Part shown: positions 1 through 14,375 of the stretch, in pieces
Position numbering within the stretch: position 1 is the first letter of the stretch
Layout of the letters: the number at the start of each line of letters is the position of its first letter
Source: Octopus vulgaris
Lineage: Eukaryota
DNA: 64,000 bases
Assembly (NCBI GenBank): GCA_951406725.2
Contig: CATOCA020000001.1
Location: forward strand, 10,416,001 to 10,480,000
Direction: 5' to 3'
Made by a program: the position numbers and the translations under genes
Notes under the pieces: generated by a model
Seen by the model: the letters and a program-made list of their open reading frames with translations, nothing else
Told to the model about the DNA's origin: nothing
The model's database searches: none

Positions 1-111
1 CCTCGCAGTGGGACTGAACCCGGAACCATGTGGTTGGTAAGCAAGCTACTTAAGACACACCCACTCCTGCGCCTATATATATATATAAATATATATATAT
101 ATAATAAATAT

Positions 112-160
<49 letters not shown>

Positions 161-899
161 ATATATATTGGACCCCCTTCGGTCAGGAATGAGGGATTGC
201 ATTTACAATGTTACCCTCCGAGGCACAAGTCTGGGCAAGGTTGTTTATGGAAGACCAGCAGTTGCCCATGCATACCAGCCTCTCCTCTCCACGCCACCGA
301 TGTTATCCTCATTACTCGAAGTCTGCCACAAGGATGTTGATTTTGGTAGTACTTGACATCGCTGAGTCACTACGGATTTACCAGTGGATTAGCTATAGAT
401 TTATAATAATGTGAATGGAGTAAACAGGGATTAACTGTTCCGTTAATCATAGTATTTTCTATCCACAGCTGAGTATGTATTGCAGGTAATCTATTTCTGG
501 AGTTTTTAGAGGGGTAGTCTACAGTAGCCTTTATACTGCTATGGATAGAGTCAGCCATGTGTTGTACAGTTGTCATCATCTATTCTTCATTTAGGAGAGT
601 GTTCATATTTGTATTACTTTTCACGACAAAGTCAATGTCGTCAACGTTTCGAGAGTACATATTTAAGTGGATGTTACGGGTCACTAGGCACTGCTTAAAA
701 TGCCTGTCCCATCATACTATGAAGAGGCTGGCAACATCACCGGTGATCCCTACACCAATAGCACTGCCTTTCATCTGTTTGTCGTCTTATTCTTTCTCGC
801 GTAAACAGTTCTTTTTTTTCAGTTGGTTTAAATGTGTTCCCACGTTTCACCTTTTACCATTTACGTTATTTTTCCAAAACGTTTACTTATTATAATTTC

Positions 900-1665
900 T
901 TCCCAACTTTCCTCTCCATTTCTGTATATTTAAAAACAAAAACACCTTGTCACCGAATTTGAAGTATTTTATCTTATTTTCGGTGTTTCCTTCTATTTCC
1001 CCCACCTTTTCTTCCCGGTAGTAATTTGTCGAGCACTGACCTGACTTTCCTGGCGAACATTAGTTCAGCCGGCGACATACCTGAAGTGGTGTTGGGGTTA
1101 GGTGTTATTCGGTAGACACTTAAGAAATGCGTCAATGCAGTATGAACTAGTAGCTCATTCCTAGGTTTCTTTTTAGCGCCCTCTTAAACTTGTCTACAAA
1201 ACGTTCCGCTAGTCCATTCGATCTCGGATGGTATGGCCGAGTAGTAATATGCTCCATTGCATGCATTTTGTAAAAGCTTTTAAATTTCTTCGATGTCAAC
1301 TATGTTCCGCTTTCAGACACTATATTGTCTGGGGTGCCATATCGCGCAAAATGTTCGTCCAGAAATTGCATTGCCACTTTGGAGGATGGCTTCCTACATT
1401 TACATATTTCCGGCCATTTCGTGTAACTGTCCACAGCTAATAGATAATGCCTTCCATTTATCGGTCCTGTACTCTATGTCAGTCTTGGGCCAAGGCTGAA
1501 TTTTTATAGGTAGTGCTTTTTATTGCCAGGGCACAACCCCTGCAGGCCTTCACCAATTTCAATTTCCTGATCCATATTCAACCAGTAAACTTAGCTTCTC
1601 ATCAGTGCTTTCATTCTTGCGGTTCCTGGATGTCCCTTGTGGAATACTTTTAGCATACAATATTG
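900..1665 (-). mobile_element. Decayed Ty3/gypsy-type LTR retrotransposon integrase
   Basis: Minus-strand peptides FHKGHPGTARMKALMRS (integrase zinc-binding region), FARYGTPDNIVSE and PYHPRSNGLAERFVDKFKRAL (rve core), with stops and frameshifts. Confidence 0.8.
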
Positions 1666-1795
1666 CAAAGCTGCAACAAATGTGAATAAATATCTAAATG
1701 GATAGGCATACACATACATGTATGTGTATTTGTGTATACATATACATTTAAATATATGTATATAGATATGTATACATATGCAATGAGTGTATGTA

Positions 1796-2400
1796 TACAT
1801 CTGACACTTTTCACAAAAGGAAAATAAAACTCCTTATCACATCCAAAAATAAGCGTTTTAAAAATTCAAAACCTGTCAAAACTAGGTTTTGGCTGAGAGA
1901 TAAAGGTTTCCTGAAATTATCTGCCCTTCACTTCCACCACAGCCTCAACACATCTTCAAAGCCTGGCATATGCGTTCCTCACTGTGTCCTTGAAAAGATT
2001 TTCGAACCCCTCTTTGATCTTGGTCATCAGCTTGGACTTAGTGCTGCAGGAAGAGTGGTTGGTATCTTTCTCAATTGCGCCCCTCACATAGTCATCCAGG
2101 GTATTACAATCAGGGGAATTAGAAGACAAGAAATTCGGGCTGGGGGCAGTCGTAGAAAATCTCCAACAATCACGTCTGGTTCCTTCCAGCGGTATGACGA
2201 AGAGATGAATCTTGCTGCTACACATATGACCTTCCAATGGCAATCCTCTCCAGCCAGAGTTTGATCCCAGTCTGCAGCAGTTTCACAAAGCTGTCTGTGT
2301 AGAGCGTAACTTACTACCTACTCAACGATGTGGCAATGAATTGTGGTGTGGTGCAGACACAGTCAGAACTCCTACTATGTCCCTTCCCAGTAGCTACAGA
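1796..2400 (-). mobile_element. Tc1/mariner transposase relic (C-terminal part)
   Basis: Minus ORF PNFLSSNSPDCNTLDDYVRGAIEK resembles the WPPxSPDLNPLDY motif; duplicate at ~16609-17210 reads PNFWSSNSPDCNTLDYYV. Confidence 0.75.
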
Positions 2401-3991
2401 TTCACAGTCTCATGCGTGTGTCACATCTCACAGCCTTTACAGTATTCACAGAGCATTGAGCATCAGTCATGATGTCGGCATTTTGATATCCACCAAAAAT
2501 TACAATGATACAGGAAACTCTTTTCAAATATTCAGAAATTTAATCTCCATGGTCTCCAACGCTGTTGACTGTTCACTAATGCATGAAGCTCTTGAGGAAA
2601 AGAAGTCGACTAAACAAATCACCAAATTTGTGTACTTATAATATATACAAGCGCTCACTCGACCTTTGACCCAGTGTGTACTCTACACAAATGTATTCAT
2701 AAAACATCTATCGTAATGCTTATGTATTAAGATCTTAGTTAAAGGTTACTAGTCGCTCCTCTCCAAAAGATAAAGTTTTAAATTCCAACCTGACTTGTCG
2801 TTACTTTGATGTCTCCTCTTCTCTGTAGCAGGCATTTCTATCTGCGTCACTTTGAAGTTGTTCTGTTAACATATATTCTCTTAAGCTGGCTTTTCTAATG
2901 GCTTGAGACTCCAGCCTCTGTCGTTTCTTCTCTTGGGAAAGGAAGGGCATTGCAAGAATCAAACCCACGATCTAGCTATTGTGAGGGTAACACCCGAATC
3001 ACTATGCCATACAGCTACTCACACATGCACACGAGTATACACATACATAGACTTATATATGTACGTATATGCATATAAAGCAATCATTCTACACCTCTTC
3101 TCCATACTACCATGGGTTGTATGAGTATATTATCAATCCATTCTTTTTGTATCTGGATCCCCTTCATGTTATTAACCCTTACCTGTCGTTCAAGGGATCA
3201 CTTATTCCAATGGTTTGTCTATTAACAGGGAAAATGATAATCGTTCATAGCTGAGCAATTTTCAGTGAAAGCAAATGGAAACATACACACACACACTCAA
3301 GCAGGTGTGTGCAAATATAACGATGATGATGATGATGATGATGATGATGATATACATATGCATACGTACACACACACACAAAAAAAAAAACTTCATTTTG
3401 GCAGTTTTTTCACTGGTCCTCAGATTTTGTCCAGCGGTGTACGATGGGCTTCTCTCAGATTATCTCTATTTAATCCACTCAGAAGCCTTGATCAGCCATG
3501 GGATTTAGAAGAAGGTACTTGCTCAAGGTGTCATACAGTGGGAAAAAACTGGTGGTTGATGTTTGGAAGAGCATCCAGCTGTAAAATCCCTTTCCTAAAT
3601 AGACAATAGCCCAGGGTAGTTTTTCCTACCTGGACGGCTCCTGTCATCCATCTTACTCATGAATTCATGGAAGGTGGACAGTATATGGTGATGATGATGA
3701 TGATTGCCGGTGGCACGAAAAAAGCACCAACCGATCGTGGTCGTTGCCAGCCTCCCCTGGCACATAAAAAGCACCCACTACACTCAATTTGTTTTTCTAT
3801 ATAAAGTGTCCCCCACCCTAGCTGGGGTATGATCCACAGATTTATAGCTCAAGATGTAAGCAGAGGAATGTAGCTAACCTAGAGACACAACACAATGACT
3901 GTTGTTAGGTTTATTAGTGTCAAGAAGAGCATTCAGCTATGAATAATAACTTGAGATAAACTAAAGTTTACAATATATATATATATATACA

Positions 3992-4025
<34 letters not shown>

Positions 4026-4263
4026 CATCATATATATACATATATGTACACACAACACACATTGAGTGAGTGAGAGATAGAGCATAATCTTGCCTTCTCT
4101 TTTTATACGTATATGAGTGTATATTTATACACACAAATATACATATACATACATAGGGTTAGTGTTAGGGTATATAATAAAAGAAGGAAAGGTCATATGT
4201 ATGCACACACAATAACACACACTAATAAATATACGTGTGTGTGTGTGTGTATATATATATGTA

Positions 4264-4300
<37 letters not shown>

Positions 4301-4413
4301 CTTTTTATGTATATATGTAAACATATATACATATAAGATATATTTATATACATATATATGTATATATAAACACATATATATTTACATATATATAAAAGCA
4401 CATGCATATTAAT

Positions 4414-4475
<62 letters not shown>

Positions 4476-4529
4476 GACAGATAGATACATACATACATAC
4501 GTAATCGTACATATATACAAGTGTAGTTG

Positions 4530-4567
<38 letters not shown>

Positions 4568-4867
4568 CTTATACAACAACATCTGTGCAGCAGCATGGAA
4601 GTATTTGTATGAATGTGAATACATATATGTATGCATGAATATATACATTTGATTCTGTTGTGCATCTAAGAAAATACATAGGAGATTTTGCTGTTGTTTC
4701 TAGCTCATCGTATAAGCACCTACAGCCTTCCACGTCTTTCTCTAATGCTATTTAAGTAGACATATAAGTATGTATACACATACACACACACACTCATATA
4801 TATATACATATATATATATACACACACACACAAACACATATATATATATATATATATACACACACAT

Positions 4868-4899
<32 letters not shown>

Positions 4900-5437
4900 G
4901 TATATCTATCTATCCTATTATCTATATATATATATACATATATATACACACACGCATACACACATATATATATATATGTATGTATATGAACCCATATGTG
5001 TGTATGTGTGCGTGTTTGTGTTAGTTTGCTATAAACCTCTGTGTGTATGGTTGTTCAACTGCCTATACTGTATATGCGATTATGTGTATATATTCTTTGA
5101 ATGAACACACATACACACACACGCACACACAGATATCTCACTATATATGAATGTATATATATGTACGTATGTGTATGAACTTACACACACATCTGTATAT
5201 AAATGCACACATGACGATGTATATATATCTGTATTTATATATATGTATACACTCATATAGGTGTGTGCAGTAGTTGTAGTAGAAGTAGTGGTGGTGGTGG
5301 TGGTGGTGACAATACATAGGAGATTTTGCTGTTGTTTCTAGCTCATCGTATAACCATCTTCTGCCTTCCACGTCTTTCTCTACATGTAATTAAAGTTGAC
5401 ACACACACACTCATATATATACATCACTTTATATATA

Positions 5438-5488
<51 letters not shown>

Positions 5489-5775
5489 TTGAGTGAGTGA
5501 GAGATAGAGCATAATCAAAATAAACCGATAAAACTTTGTTTTTTACGTAGATCCGTATATATGTCTGTGATTGTGTCTGTTTGTGTTTGTGTCATTCTAT
5601 ATAAATGTGTGTGTGGGTGTGTATATATATATATATATGTGTATATATATATGTATATATATCTATCTTTTTATGTATATATGTAAACAAATATACATAT
5701 AGGATATATTTATATACATATATATGTATATATGAACACATATATCTTTACATATATATAAAAGCTCATGCGTAT

Positions 5776-5819
<44 letters not shown>

Positions 5820-5913
5820 TACATACATACATACATAAATACACACAAACATACATAATCGTACATATATACAAGTGTAGTTGCATATATATATATATAT
5901 ATTATATATATAT

Positions 5914-5964
<51 letters not shown>

Positions 5965-6490
5965 CAAGCGTATACATCAACATCTGTGCATCAGTATGCA
6001 AATATTTGTATGTATGTGAATACATATCTGTATGTATGAATATATACATTCGTATCTGTTGTGCATCTATAGTCATGAATTCATTCAAACATATTACAGC
6101 AGTGGCACATATACAAGTCTGTGCAAAGAATGTATATAACTCATTGCAAGTGGCATTTTGTCAAAGGAAACTGGAAGGAGCGTCTCGTGTATGTCTGTAT
6201 ATATAGAGAGATATAAGTATTCATACATATATATATATATAATTATATATATGTGTGTGTCTACATGTGTGTGAAATATGTGTATGTGTGTGTGTACGCG
6301 TGCGTGTGTTATTATGTACTTGTTTTTCCTGCATCAAGATTTGCAGCCGGTGCTGGTGCGTTTACATCCCCATAATCCAGCGGTTTAGCACAACCTGCTG
6401 GAATAAGTAAGATTTTTCATTAAATGTTCTGTGCTCCATTTGTCCAACCCAAACCCTAGAATATGTTGCCCCAGCATGGCCGCAGTAACG

Positions 6491-6592
<102 letters not shown>

Positions 6593-7564
6593 GGTTATGG
6601 TGGTGGTGGTGGTGGTGACATTGCTTGATTAATAAATTCCTCGCAATCCCCAGATTTTAACGATAGGGTACCGAATAAGTTGTGAGGACGGGGTCTTTCG
6701 TGGACATAGTTGCCAAAGTAAGAACGGGGTTTGATAAAGTTTAGAGAGTTACTGTGTCTGCTGGCCACAAATGGCTTGTTTGTCAGTGACATGGCCAAAG
6801 CGATGTGCCTCGTGGTAGCAAGTGATGGGCCTTGAATGGAGGGGATCTGCAAAAGTTGGGAAAGAAATGTGGTGACGATGGAAGTGTAATGTTAGTTTCT
6901 ATGAATGGTAAAGAACAAATGAGCTGAGAGAAAAAGACATGAGACATAAAAGAAGTTATGTGATATATTCAAGCTTAAGATTAAACCTATGTTATACTTT
7001 GAAAGTCATCTTTGCCATATTACCACCGTTTATTATTTTAGTTTTGAGCACCATAGCATACTTAAAAATAATTTCAAATATAAAACAATATTAAATTTGG
7101 GTTCGAAGTTTAGCTTTATATTATACACTTAATGAATCACAAGACTAAACTCGCTAAATTATCTTAATGTAATCAACCTGTTTACAACAATATCTTTATT
7201 TCGATCGTCCAAACAAAACCCTTGACATACTTTTTAATCACTAATACCTGGTACCTATTTTTAAATTTCTTCCCATTGTTTAGTTGAAAAGATCTTTGCA
7301 TTTTCAAGTAGATCATTGCTGATATTATTCTCTTAATCAGTAAAGAAGCTAATTGTTGAAATCGAAAAATAAATATGACAGTCACCAAATGTTGAAACGG
7401 AGATAAAAAAAAAACAGTTCTTGAAATATCGGTTTCAAATCATGGTACAAGACCAGTAATGGTTTTGGAAGGGTTAACCGATTATATTGACCCCAGAACT
7501 GGTACTTGGTTAGCTACCCTGGAAGGAAGAAAAACAAAGTCGACCTCGGCAGAATTTTATCTCC

Positions 7565-7573
7565 TTCCTTTCC

Positions 7574-7612
<39 letters not shown>

Positions 7613-7660
7613 TGTTTCTTTGTTTCTTTCTTTCTTTCTGTCTGTCTGTCTGTCTGTCTG

Positions 7661-7715
<55 letters not shown>

Positions 7716-7724
7716 GTCTTTCTG

Positions 7725-7775
<51 letters not shown>

Positions 7776-8010
7776 GTCTTTCTTTCTTTCTGTCTCTCTC
7801 TTTCTTTCTGTCTTTCTTTCTTTCTGTCTTTCTTTCTTTCTGTCTCTCTCTTTCTTTCTGTCTTTCTTTCTTCCTTCCATCCTTTCTCTCCCTTCTTTCC
7901 ATTCTTTATCCCTCTCTCCCTTTTACTGTCTTCATTCATACCTCTCTCTCATACTCTCTCACGGTCTGTCTCTGTCTGTCTGTCTCTCCCTCTCTCTCTC
8001 TTTCTCTCTC
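7565..8010. repeat. (TTTC)n/(TCTG)n polypyrimidine microsatellite
   Basis: Read directly; source of the spurious FLSF/KERK ORFs. Confidence 0.95.
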
Positions 8011-10437
8011 CCCGGCTATTACATTCTCAACATTCTGCTAGACAGAAGACAGAATTCTGAGGGGTTGTCACTGTCTGCTCCTGACTACACAGGCATCTGA
8101 AACAATTAGCAAAAGTATGCTACATACTACCAGGTCCTCTTTGTTTCTCAGTCACAGCTATGCTCCCTGCTGTTAATAAACTCCTTCTTCTTACTTATCA
8201 CTGATGTGGTCCAATGAAACCCCTTGTTACTCCTTTTCTCCGAATCAAGCATGGAATTTCTTTGTCAGACACAACTAAGGTAACTAGACAATCCCCATAT
8301 AGGAAATTCCAGTTAAGTTTTTAAATCCTTCTCTTGTGGCTTAGAGACGTGTAGTGAAGAGGAGAGGGATGTGAATTGATCCCTGGACTGCACAGATGGT
8401 TCCTACTATCAACTCAGTGACACACCAATCCTTTGCTTTTTACATCTACTTTAAATTTAGATGAAAATCTAAGAATCCACCCCTAAAAGGATGCTTGGGG
8501 ATGCGGTGTGGAAAGACTTTGAATATCGAGAAGATGACATTTTTTCTAAAAATGTTATGTTCCCAGTTTAGTAGAAAAATTGGTATCTTGGTATTTCTGG
8601 TGTGTGTATAATCGCCAGAAGTTACCGTATTTGGTGGTTCTCAGCAGAACCTAATCGCCAGTGCATTCCTCCTTTCTATGAATATGGATTATTTAACAGG
8701 TTTTAAAATATAAGTCCTGCTGTCGATTTGTTTTCTCTAATATCTTTCAAGGCGGTGCCCCAGCATGGACACACAAATGCTTGAAACAAGTAAAAGATCA
8801 AAGCTACTGAGAAAATAACAGCAAAGTTTCAAAAGAGGAAAAAAACTTTGAACTTGGCCAAACGTTTGGCAAATACGACATGGTCATTTAGAAACATCTA
8901 GAAGCTGTAGATGTACCTCACCTCAAAACTAACAACAGGGGACAATGGTCTGAGAACGTTTGGAATGATTTAAGTGTTTCACTATTTTGATTAGAAAATA
9001 TCGGTTTCTAATTCTGTCACAAGGCCGGCAATATCGAGGAAGGTGGTAAATCGATTACATCAATCACAGGGCTCTAATCGTGCTTATTATCTTGACCCCG
9101 AATCGATGTAAAGCAAAGTGGAACCCATTTGAAACCCGAACGTAAAGACGGACGAAATGCCGCAGGGCATTGTGTCCCTCAGACCAATGCTTCTACCAGT
9201 TCGCCTCCTTAAGATGCGAAAATCTTAAATGAAGGGAGGAACGATTAATCATGTTTTAGGGATGAAACTAAACAGGTTTCTATGTACATACGATTTATTT
9301 TTTTCTGATAATGAAATCAGGGAGTCTGTTACAGTGAAAGGTTGCAGTCAGTGAAGAGACACCCGGCACCGCTTGACAATCATTATTGGCATGTTTAGGT
9401 CCCAGTAACTTAGCGGTTCGGCAAAAGAAACACAGCATAATTACCAGGCTTTGAAAAAATATACAAGTACTGGGATCGATACGTACAACTAAAAATTCTT
9501 CAAGGTGGTGCACCAGCATGGCCGCAGTCTAACTTTCCCATCTCCGTTACAGGAAGTAATGTTTCGACCTGTAGAGTCGTTCCCAGTCACTAATCTGCTG
9601 CACTGAGGCAACCTTCATTGTGAAGCTTCGTTTAATCGCCTCGAGTTTAGCTCTTAATTTTACACGATGTGGTGGTCATCGATGGAAGCAGTAATCACAC
9701 TGGCCAAGAACAAATATCCTCCAGAGGACCATTATAGTTTCCTGCTTCTTTGAACTGAAACTTCTAAGAATTCATCCACCCAACCACCTGAATTTTATTG
9801 CCAGCTTCGTAATATGCACATGGAAGTGTGCAACATTAGACATGTCAATGCCTAAGTCACGCCCTGATTATGAATCTGGGACCGAAATCCCTCCAGGTCC
9901 ACCATATGTTGTCCGTTGATAGTATGCGGTTTGGAAATGTCCAACACTAACCTGCATGGGTTCTGTATATTTCATGTCAACTGGGACCTCATATTTCTGG
10001 TTCGATTTCTCTTGATGAATACTATTCAAACCTTGGTCAACGCAAATTTTATTAGGAATTTTTCTACATTCTTAGTATTGAGTTCCTCTTTCAGTTACAT
10101 TTCATTGTCTCTCAAACTTGCGTTCAAACAACAATACTTTTAAGTACACACACGTCAGTGCATTATGTGTGTGTGTATGTATGTATGTATGTACGTAAGT
10201 GTGTGTGTATGTATGTATGTGTGTGTATGTATGTACGTGTGTGTATGTATGTATGTATGTATGTATGTATGCATGCATGTATGTATGCGTGTATGTATGT
10301 ATGCATGTATGTATGTACGTATGTATGTATGCGTATACATATATATATATATATTATGCATATATATATGCATACATATACATACATACATACATACGTA
10401 CACACATACATACATATATATATATACATACACACAC

Positions 10438-10483
<46 letters not shown>

Positions 10484-11104
10484 AAGGATATGTATATGTA
10501 TGGTATACATGAAATATATGAAATTAAGATGTGTGTGTGTGTATATACACATATGCAAGTAGTTTCTCCTTTTTACCTGCAGTGAGAACCTGCTACGCCT
10601 ACAAACACACACATACATAAATATATACGGGCACACATATAGATGTAACATACACACATACACAACTGCTATAACTAACGTCAAGATTTATCATTTGTCC
10701 TCGTGATTAAATGCGCAACGCCCTGTGTGTAAAGTTCACACCTTATCTCAATATACAACGTGGACAAGTCTGGTAATCTCATTATAAATAAGAGTAAACT
10801 GAACGGGGTTTCTGTATATTTCATCGCACTTCTCGAAGCACGCTGAGCATCCAATATATTCTTGCGAGACAATCTCTTCAGATTCCAACAGAAAACCGAA
10901 TTATTTATACAGGTACTTATTATTCTTTTATTTGTTTCAATTAACAAATTATTTTCTGTTTTTGTTTTAAATATCGTTTAACCTTTAGTTAAAACCCTGA
11001 CAACACAAACCACAATTTTTATATATTTTAAACAAATATAATTGGCACACTTCAAATATATTTTCTTCTTATAAAAACAATTTTAATGTTTTCATCTTTA
11101 TTAG

Positions 11105-11800
11105 GAGGCAAACTGGCAAAACATTATCCTATCGGGGTCGATTAAATAAGTACCAGTTACACATTGGGGTCGATATAATCAACTTAATCCGTTTGTCTGT
11201 CCTTGTTTGTCCCCTCAGTGTTTAGCCCCTTGTGGTTAGTAAAGAAATAGGTATTTCGTTTGCGGTTAGGTTCTGAGTTCAAATTCCGCCGAGGTCGACT
11301 TTGCCTTTCATCCTTTCGCAGTCGATACATTAAATACCAGTTATGCACTGAGGTCGACATAATCGACTTAATCCGTATGTTTGCCCTTGTTTGTCCTCCC
11401 TGTGTTTAGCCCTTTGTGGGTTGTAAAGAAATAGGTTTTTCCTCTGTTTTTACATTCTGAGTTCAAATTCTGCCGATGTCGATTTTGCCTTTCCTCCTTT
11501 CGGGGTCGTTAAATTAAGTACCAGTTGCTTACTGGGGTTGATCCAAATGACAACCCCTTCTCCCAAAACTTCTGGCCCTGTGCCTAGAGTAGAAAAGAAT
11601 TTTTCACTTTTATAAGGAGGCCAGCTGACAGAAAGCTTAGCAGGCCGGAGTAAATGTTTATGTTCTGAGTTCAAATATTGCCAAGTTCGGCTAGACATTT
11701 CGAGACTGATAAAATTAGTACCAGTTGAACACTGGGGTCGATGTAATCAACTTAGCTCCGCATTGAAACTACTGGCCTTGTGCCAAAATTTGAATGAATA
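11105..11800 (+). mobile_element. Tandemly multimerised SINE-body fragments (~183-bp period)
   Basis: Unit ttctgagttcaaattccgccgaggtcgactttgcctttcatcctttcggggtcgat..aagtaccagtt recurs 3-4 times; same family at 21434-21650, 8990-9210 (-), 40682-40790 and 59195-59575. Confidence 0.75.
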
Positions 11801-11890
11801 TTTCATCTTTACAAATAGTATTTTGACATCGTAAGACTTAAACAGCCTCTTAAGTATAAAAAATTCTGTTTTTAATATATTCGTATTGAT

Positions 11891-12280
11891 AGGCGCTTGA
11901 GTGGCTGTGTGGTAAGTAGCTTGTTTACCAACCACATGGTTCCGGGTTCAGTCCCACTGCGTGGCACCTTGGGCAAGTGTCTTCTAATATAGCCCCGGGC
12001 CCACCAAAACCTAGTGAGTGGTTTGGTAGACGGAAACTGAAAGAAGCCCGTCGTATATATGTATATATATGTGTGTGTGTATTTGTGTCTGTGTTTGTCC
12101 CCCTAGCATTGCTTGACAACCGATGCTGGTGTGTTTATGTCCCCGTTACTTAGCGTTTCGGCAAAAGAGACCGATAGAATAAGTACTGGGCTTGCAAAAG
12201 AATAAATCCCTTGGTCGAGTTGCTCGATTAAAGGCGGTGCTGCAGTATGGCTGCAGTCAAATGACTGAAACAAATAAGAG
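11891..12280 (+). mobile_element. Octopus tRNA-derived SINE (ggcgcaggagtggctgtgtggtaag family)
   Basis: A-box-like TGGCTGTGTGG and B-box-like GGTTCAGTCCC head with an internal (TA)/(TG) tract. Further copies at 1-72(-), 14480-14878(-), 17945-18308(-), 18792-19120(+), 33712-34100(+), 41420-41775(-). Family name not verified. Confidence 0.85.
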
Positions 12281-12933
12281 AGAGAGAGAGTAGGAGTATA
12301 TTTAAATACTGTTTTTGAAAGAACAATCTAGTTTAGAATTGATCAGATTTAGAAAAATTATTGGTGAGTTCTGTGGAATTGTCCGCTGGATTCAGAAAGC
12401 CAAAGTGATGGTTATTTAAAAGTTTACATTTGTAGATGAGTGAAGTTACGTGGCTTAGTGGTTAATGTATTCGGCTAACGATCGCAATGGAGACAAAGAG
12501 AGAGAGAGAGGGGGAGGAGAAGATTGGAAATGGCAAAGTATGGAGTTATCCTGTATGTGACATGTAACCCAGAGTAAGTCTTGTTGCTCGGTTTTAAATT
12601 CCATTTCACTGTGAGCACTTTTGAATCCATGATTCTTCTTTATTTCCCTAATGTTAACAAGTGTCGATTAATAATCCTGAAAGCAGTAAATAGGTTTCCA
12701 GGCATTAGCTAAGGTCAGTGGTTCAAGCTTGGCATTTTTCTTCTAATGAAGTGCGCCTCTGTTATTCGGAGGTTGACGGCATCCACGACTCTTTCTAGTA
12801 TCCTGGTGGAACATTCACTTTGGCGATGTTGACCATTCGGGAATAAAACACTGTGTTGTTTGGACTGAAAGGAATGCTCTTTCACTCTGCGGCGGATCTG
12901 TCTCCTCGTTGATCCGACGTATATGGCTTCACA

Positions 12934-13258
12934 GTGAGGGCGCGTGGCTTAGTGGTTAGGGCATTCGGCTCATGATCGTAAGGTTGTGAGTTCGATTCCC
13001 GGCGACGCGTTGTGTCCTTGAGCAAGACACTTTATTTCACGTTGCTCCAGTCCACTCAGCTGGCAAAAATGAGTTGTACTTGTATTTCAAAGGGTCAGCC
13101 TTGTCACTCTCTGTGTCACGCTGATTATCCCCGAGAACTACGTTAAGGGTACACGTGTCTGTGGAATGCTCAGCCATTTGCACGTTAATTTCACGAGCAA
13201 GCTGTTCCGTTGATCGTATCAGCTGGGACCCTCGTCGTCGTAACCGGCGGAGTCTTTT
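12934..13258 (+). mobile_element. tRNA-derived SINE with 12-bp target-site duplication
   Basis: A box TGGCTTAGTGG, B box GTTCGATTCCC; TSD tatggcttcaca at 12922-12933 and 13259-13270. Confidence 0.85.
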
Positions 13259-13925
13259 TATGGCTTCACAACAACATGTCATCTAATTGACCACTTTCGA
13301 TTTTACACACAGAAGTGAGATCTTCTGATGATGTTTTTCAACTTATTTTCCCTCAATGTGGACCCAGTGTTTATTTCAATGCCTTCGCTTCTTCCATTTC
13401 CTCCCTCTCTTCTTCTTCCCTTTCTCTATAGTCTGCTACAACTGCTGTAGTTTCCCCAGCCACTTGAAGGTTCCGGTCCCATTGACCCCTGTCTGCTCAC
13501 TGCCGTTCCTGCCGTTGTGCTTCTGTTGTCTTTGTTGTTGCTGTTATTATGAACACCAGATCATTGGCCATTCTTAGCATCGGTCCTCATTCTATAGGTC
13601 CGTATGTTTACATACATAAATAATAATCATCATCGTTTAACGTCTGTTTTCCAACTGGCATGCGTTGGGCGCTTTGATGGGAACTGGTAAGCCAGAGAGC
13701 TGCACCAGGTTCCCATTATCTCTCTTAGCATGGTTTCTGTGACTGGATGCCGATCTTTATGCCAACCACTTTTAGGAAAGGTTGGGTCACCAAGTAATTT
13801 CCAAAACAAATATTACAGGACTGACCCCTCACAAACAGTTGCCGGATTGTAATACCATAGGATCTCCCTTTCATTTTCTGTGTCTCTGTATTCTAAGTTA
13901 TATATGTATATTTAGATACGTGCAT

Positions 13926-13971
<46 letters not shown>

Positions 13972-13994
13972 GCACACACACACAGATATATATA

Positions 13995-14375
13995 TGGAAG
14001 CACTCCGTCGGTTACGTCGATGAGGGTTCCGGTTGATCCGAATCAACGGAACAGCCTGCTCGTGAAATTAACGTGTAAGTGGCTGAGCACTCCACAGACA
14101 CGTGCACCCTTAACGTAGTTCTCGGGGATATTCAGCGTGACACAGGGAGTGACAAGGCCGGCCCTTTGAAAAACAGATACAACAGAAACAGGAAGTAAGA
14201 GTGAGGGAAAGTTGTGGTGAAAGAGTACAGCAGGGATCACCACCATCCCCTGCCGGAGCCTCGTGGAGCTTTAGGTGTATTCGCTCAATAAACACTCACA
14301 ACACCCGGTCTGGGAATCGAAACCGCGATCCTATGACCGCGAGTCCGCTGCCCTAACCACTGGGCCATTGCGCCT

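Larger units (their letters stand above)
1..3975 (+). repeat. Segmental duplication copy 1 (matches 14804-17720 then 19834-21070)
   Basis: Near base-for-base match at offset ~14.81 kb (ORFs 370-579 = 15181-15390 and 557-895 = 15368-15706). At ~2930 it jumps to the sequence at 19834 and it ends in (TA)n at ~3975. Confidence 0.95.

Noticed and set aside
7459-8100. FLSF-rich and KERK-rich ORFs
   Set aside because: Products of the (TTTC)n microsatellite
9540-10140. Complex non-repetitive stretch that might be coding
   Set aside because: No sustained open frame or recognisable motif; probably an old TE relic
10155-10684. YI/CV/HT-repeat ORFs here and at 4113-5866, 41927-42748, 45277-45899 and 52361-52777
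   Set aside because: Translations of TA/TG/CA microsatellites
10680-10915. Unique-looking island ending in acag|gtactt, a possible 5' UTR exon of the ANK-RING gene
   Set aside because: Weak donor, no recognisable coding or promoter signal; cannot be supported without transcript data
12936-13010. tRNA-like sequence
   Set aside because: It has A and B boxes but no complete acceptor stem, continues into a SINE body and is flanked by a TSD, so it is a SINE head
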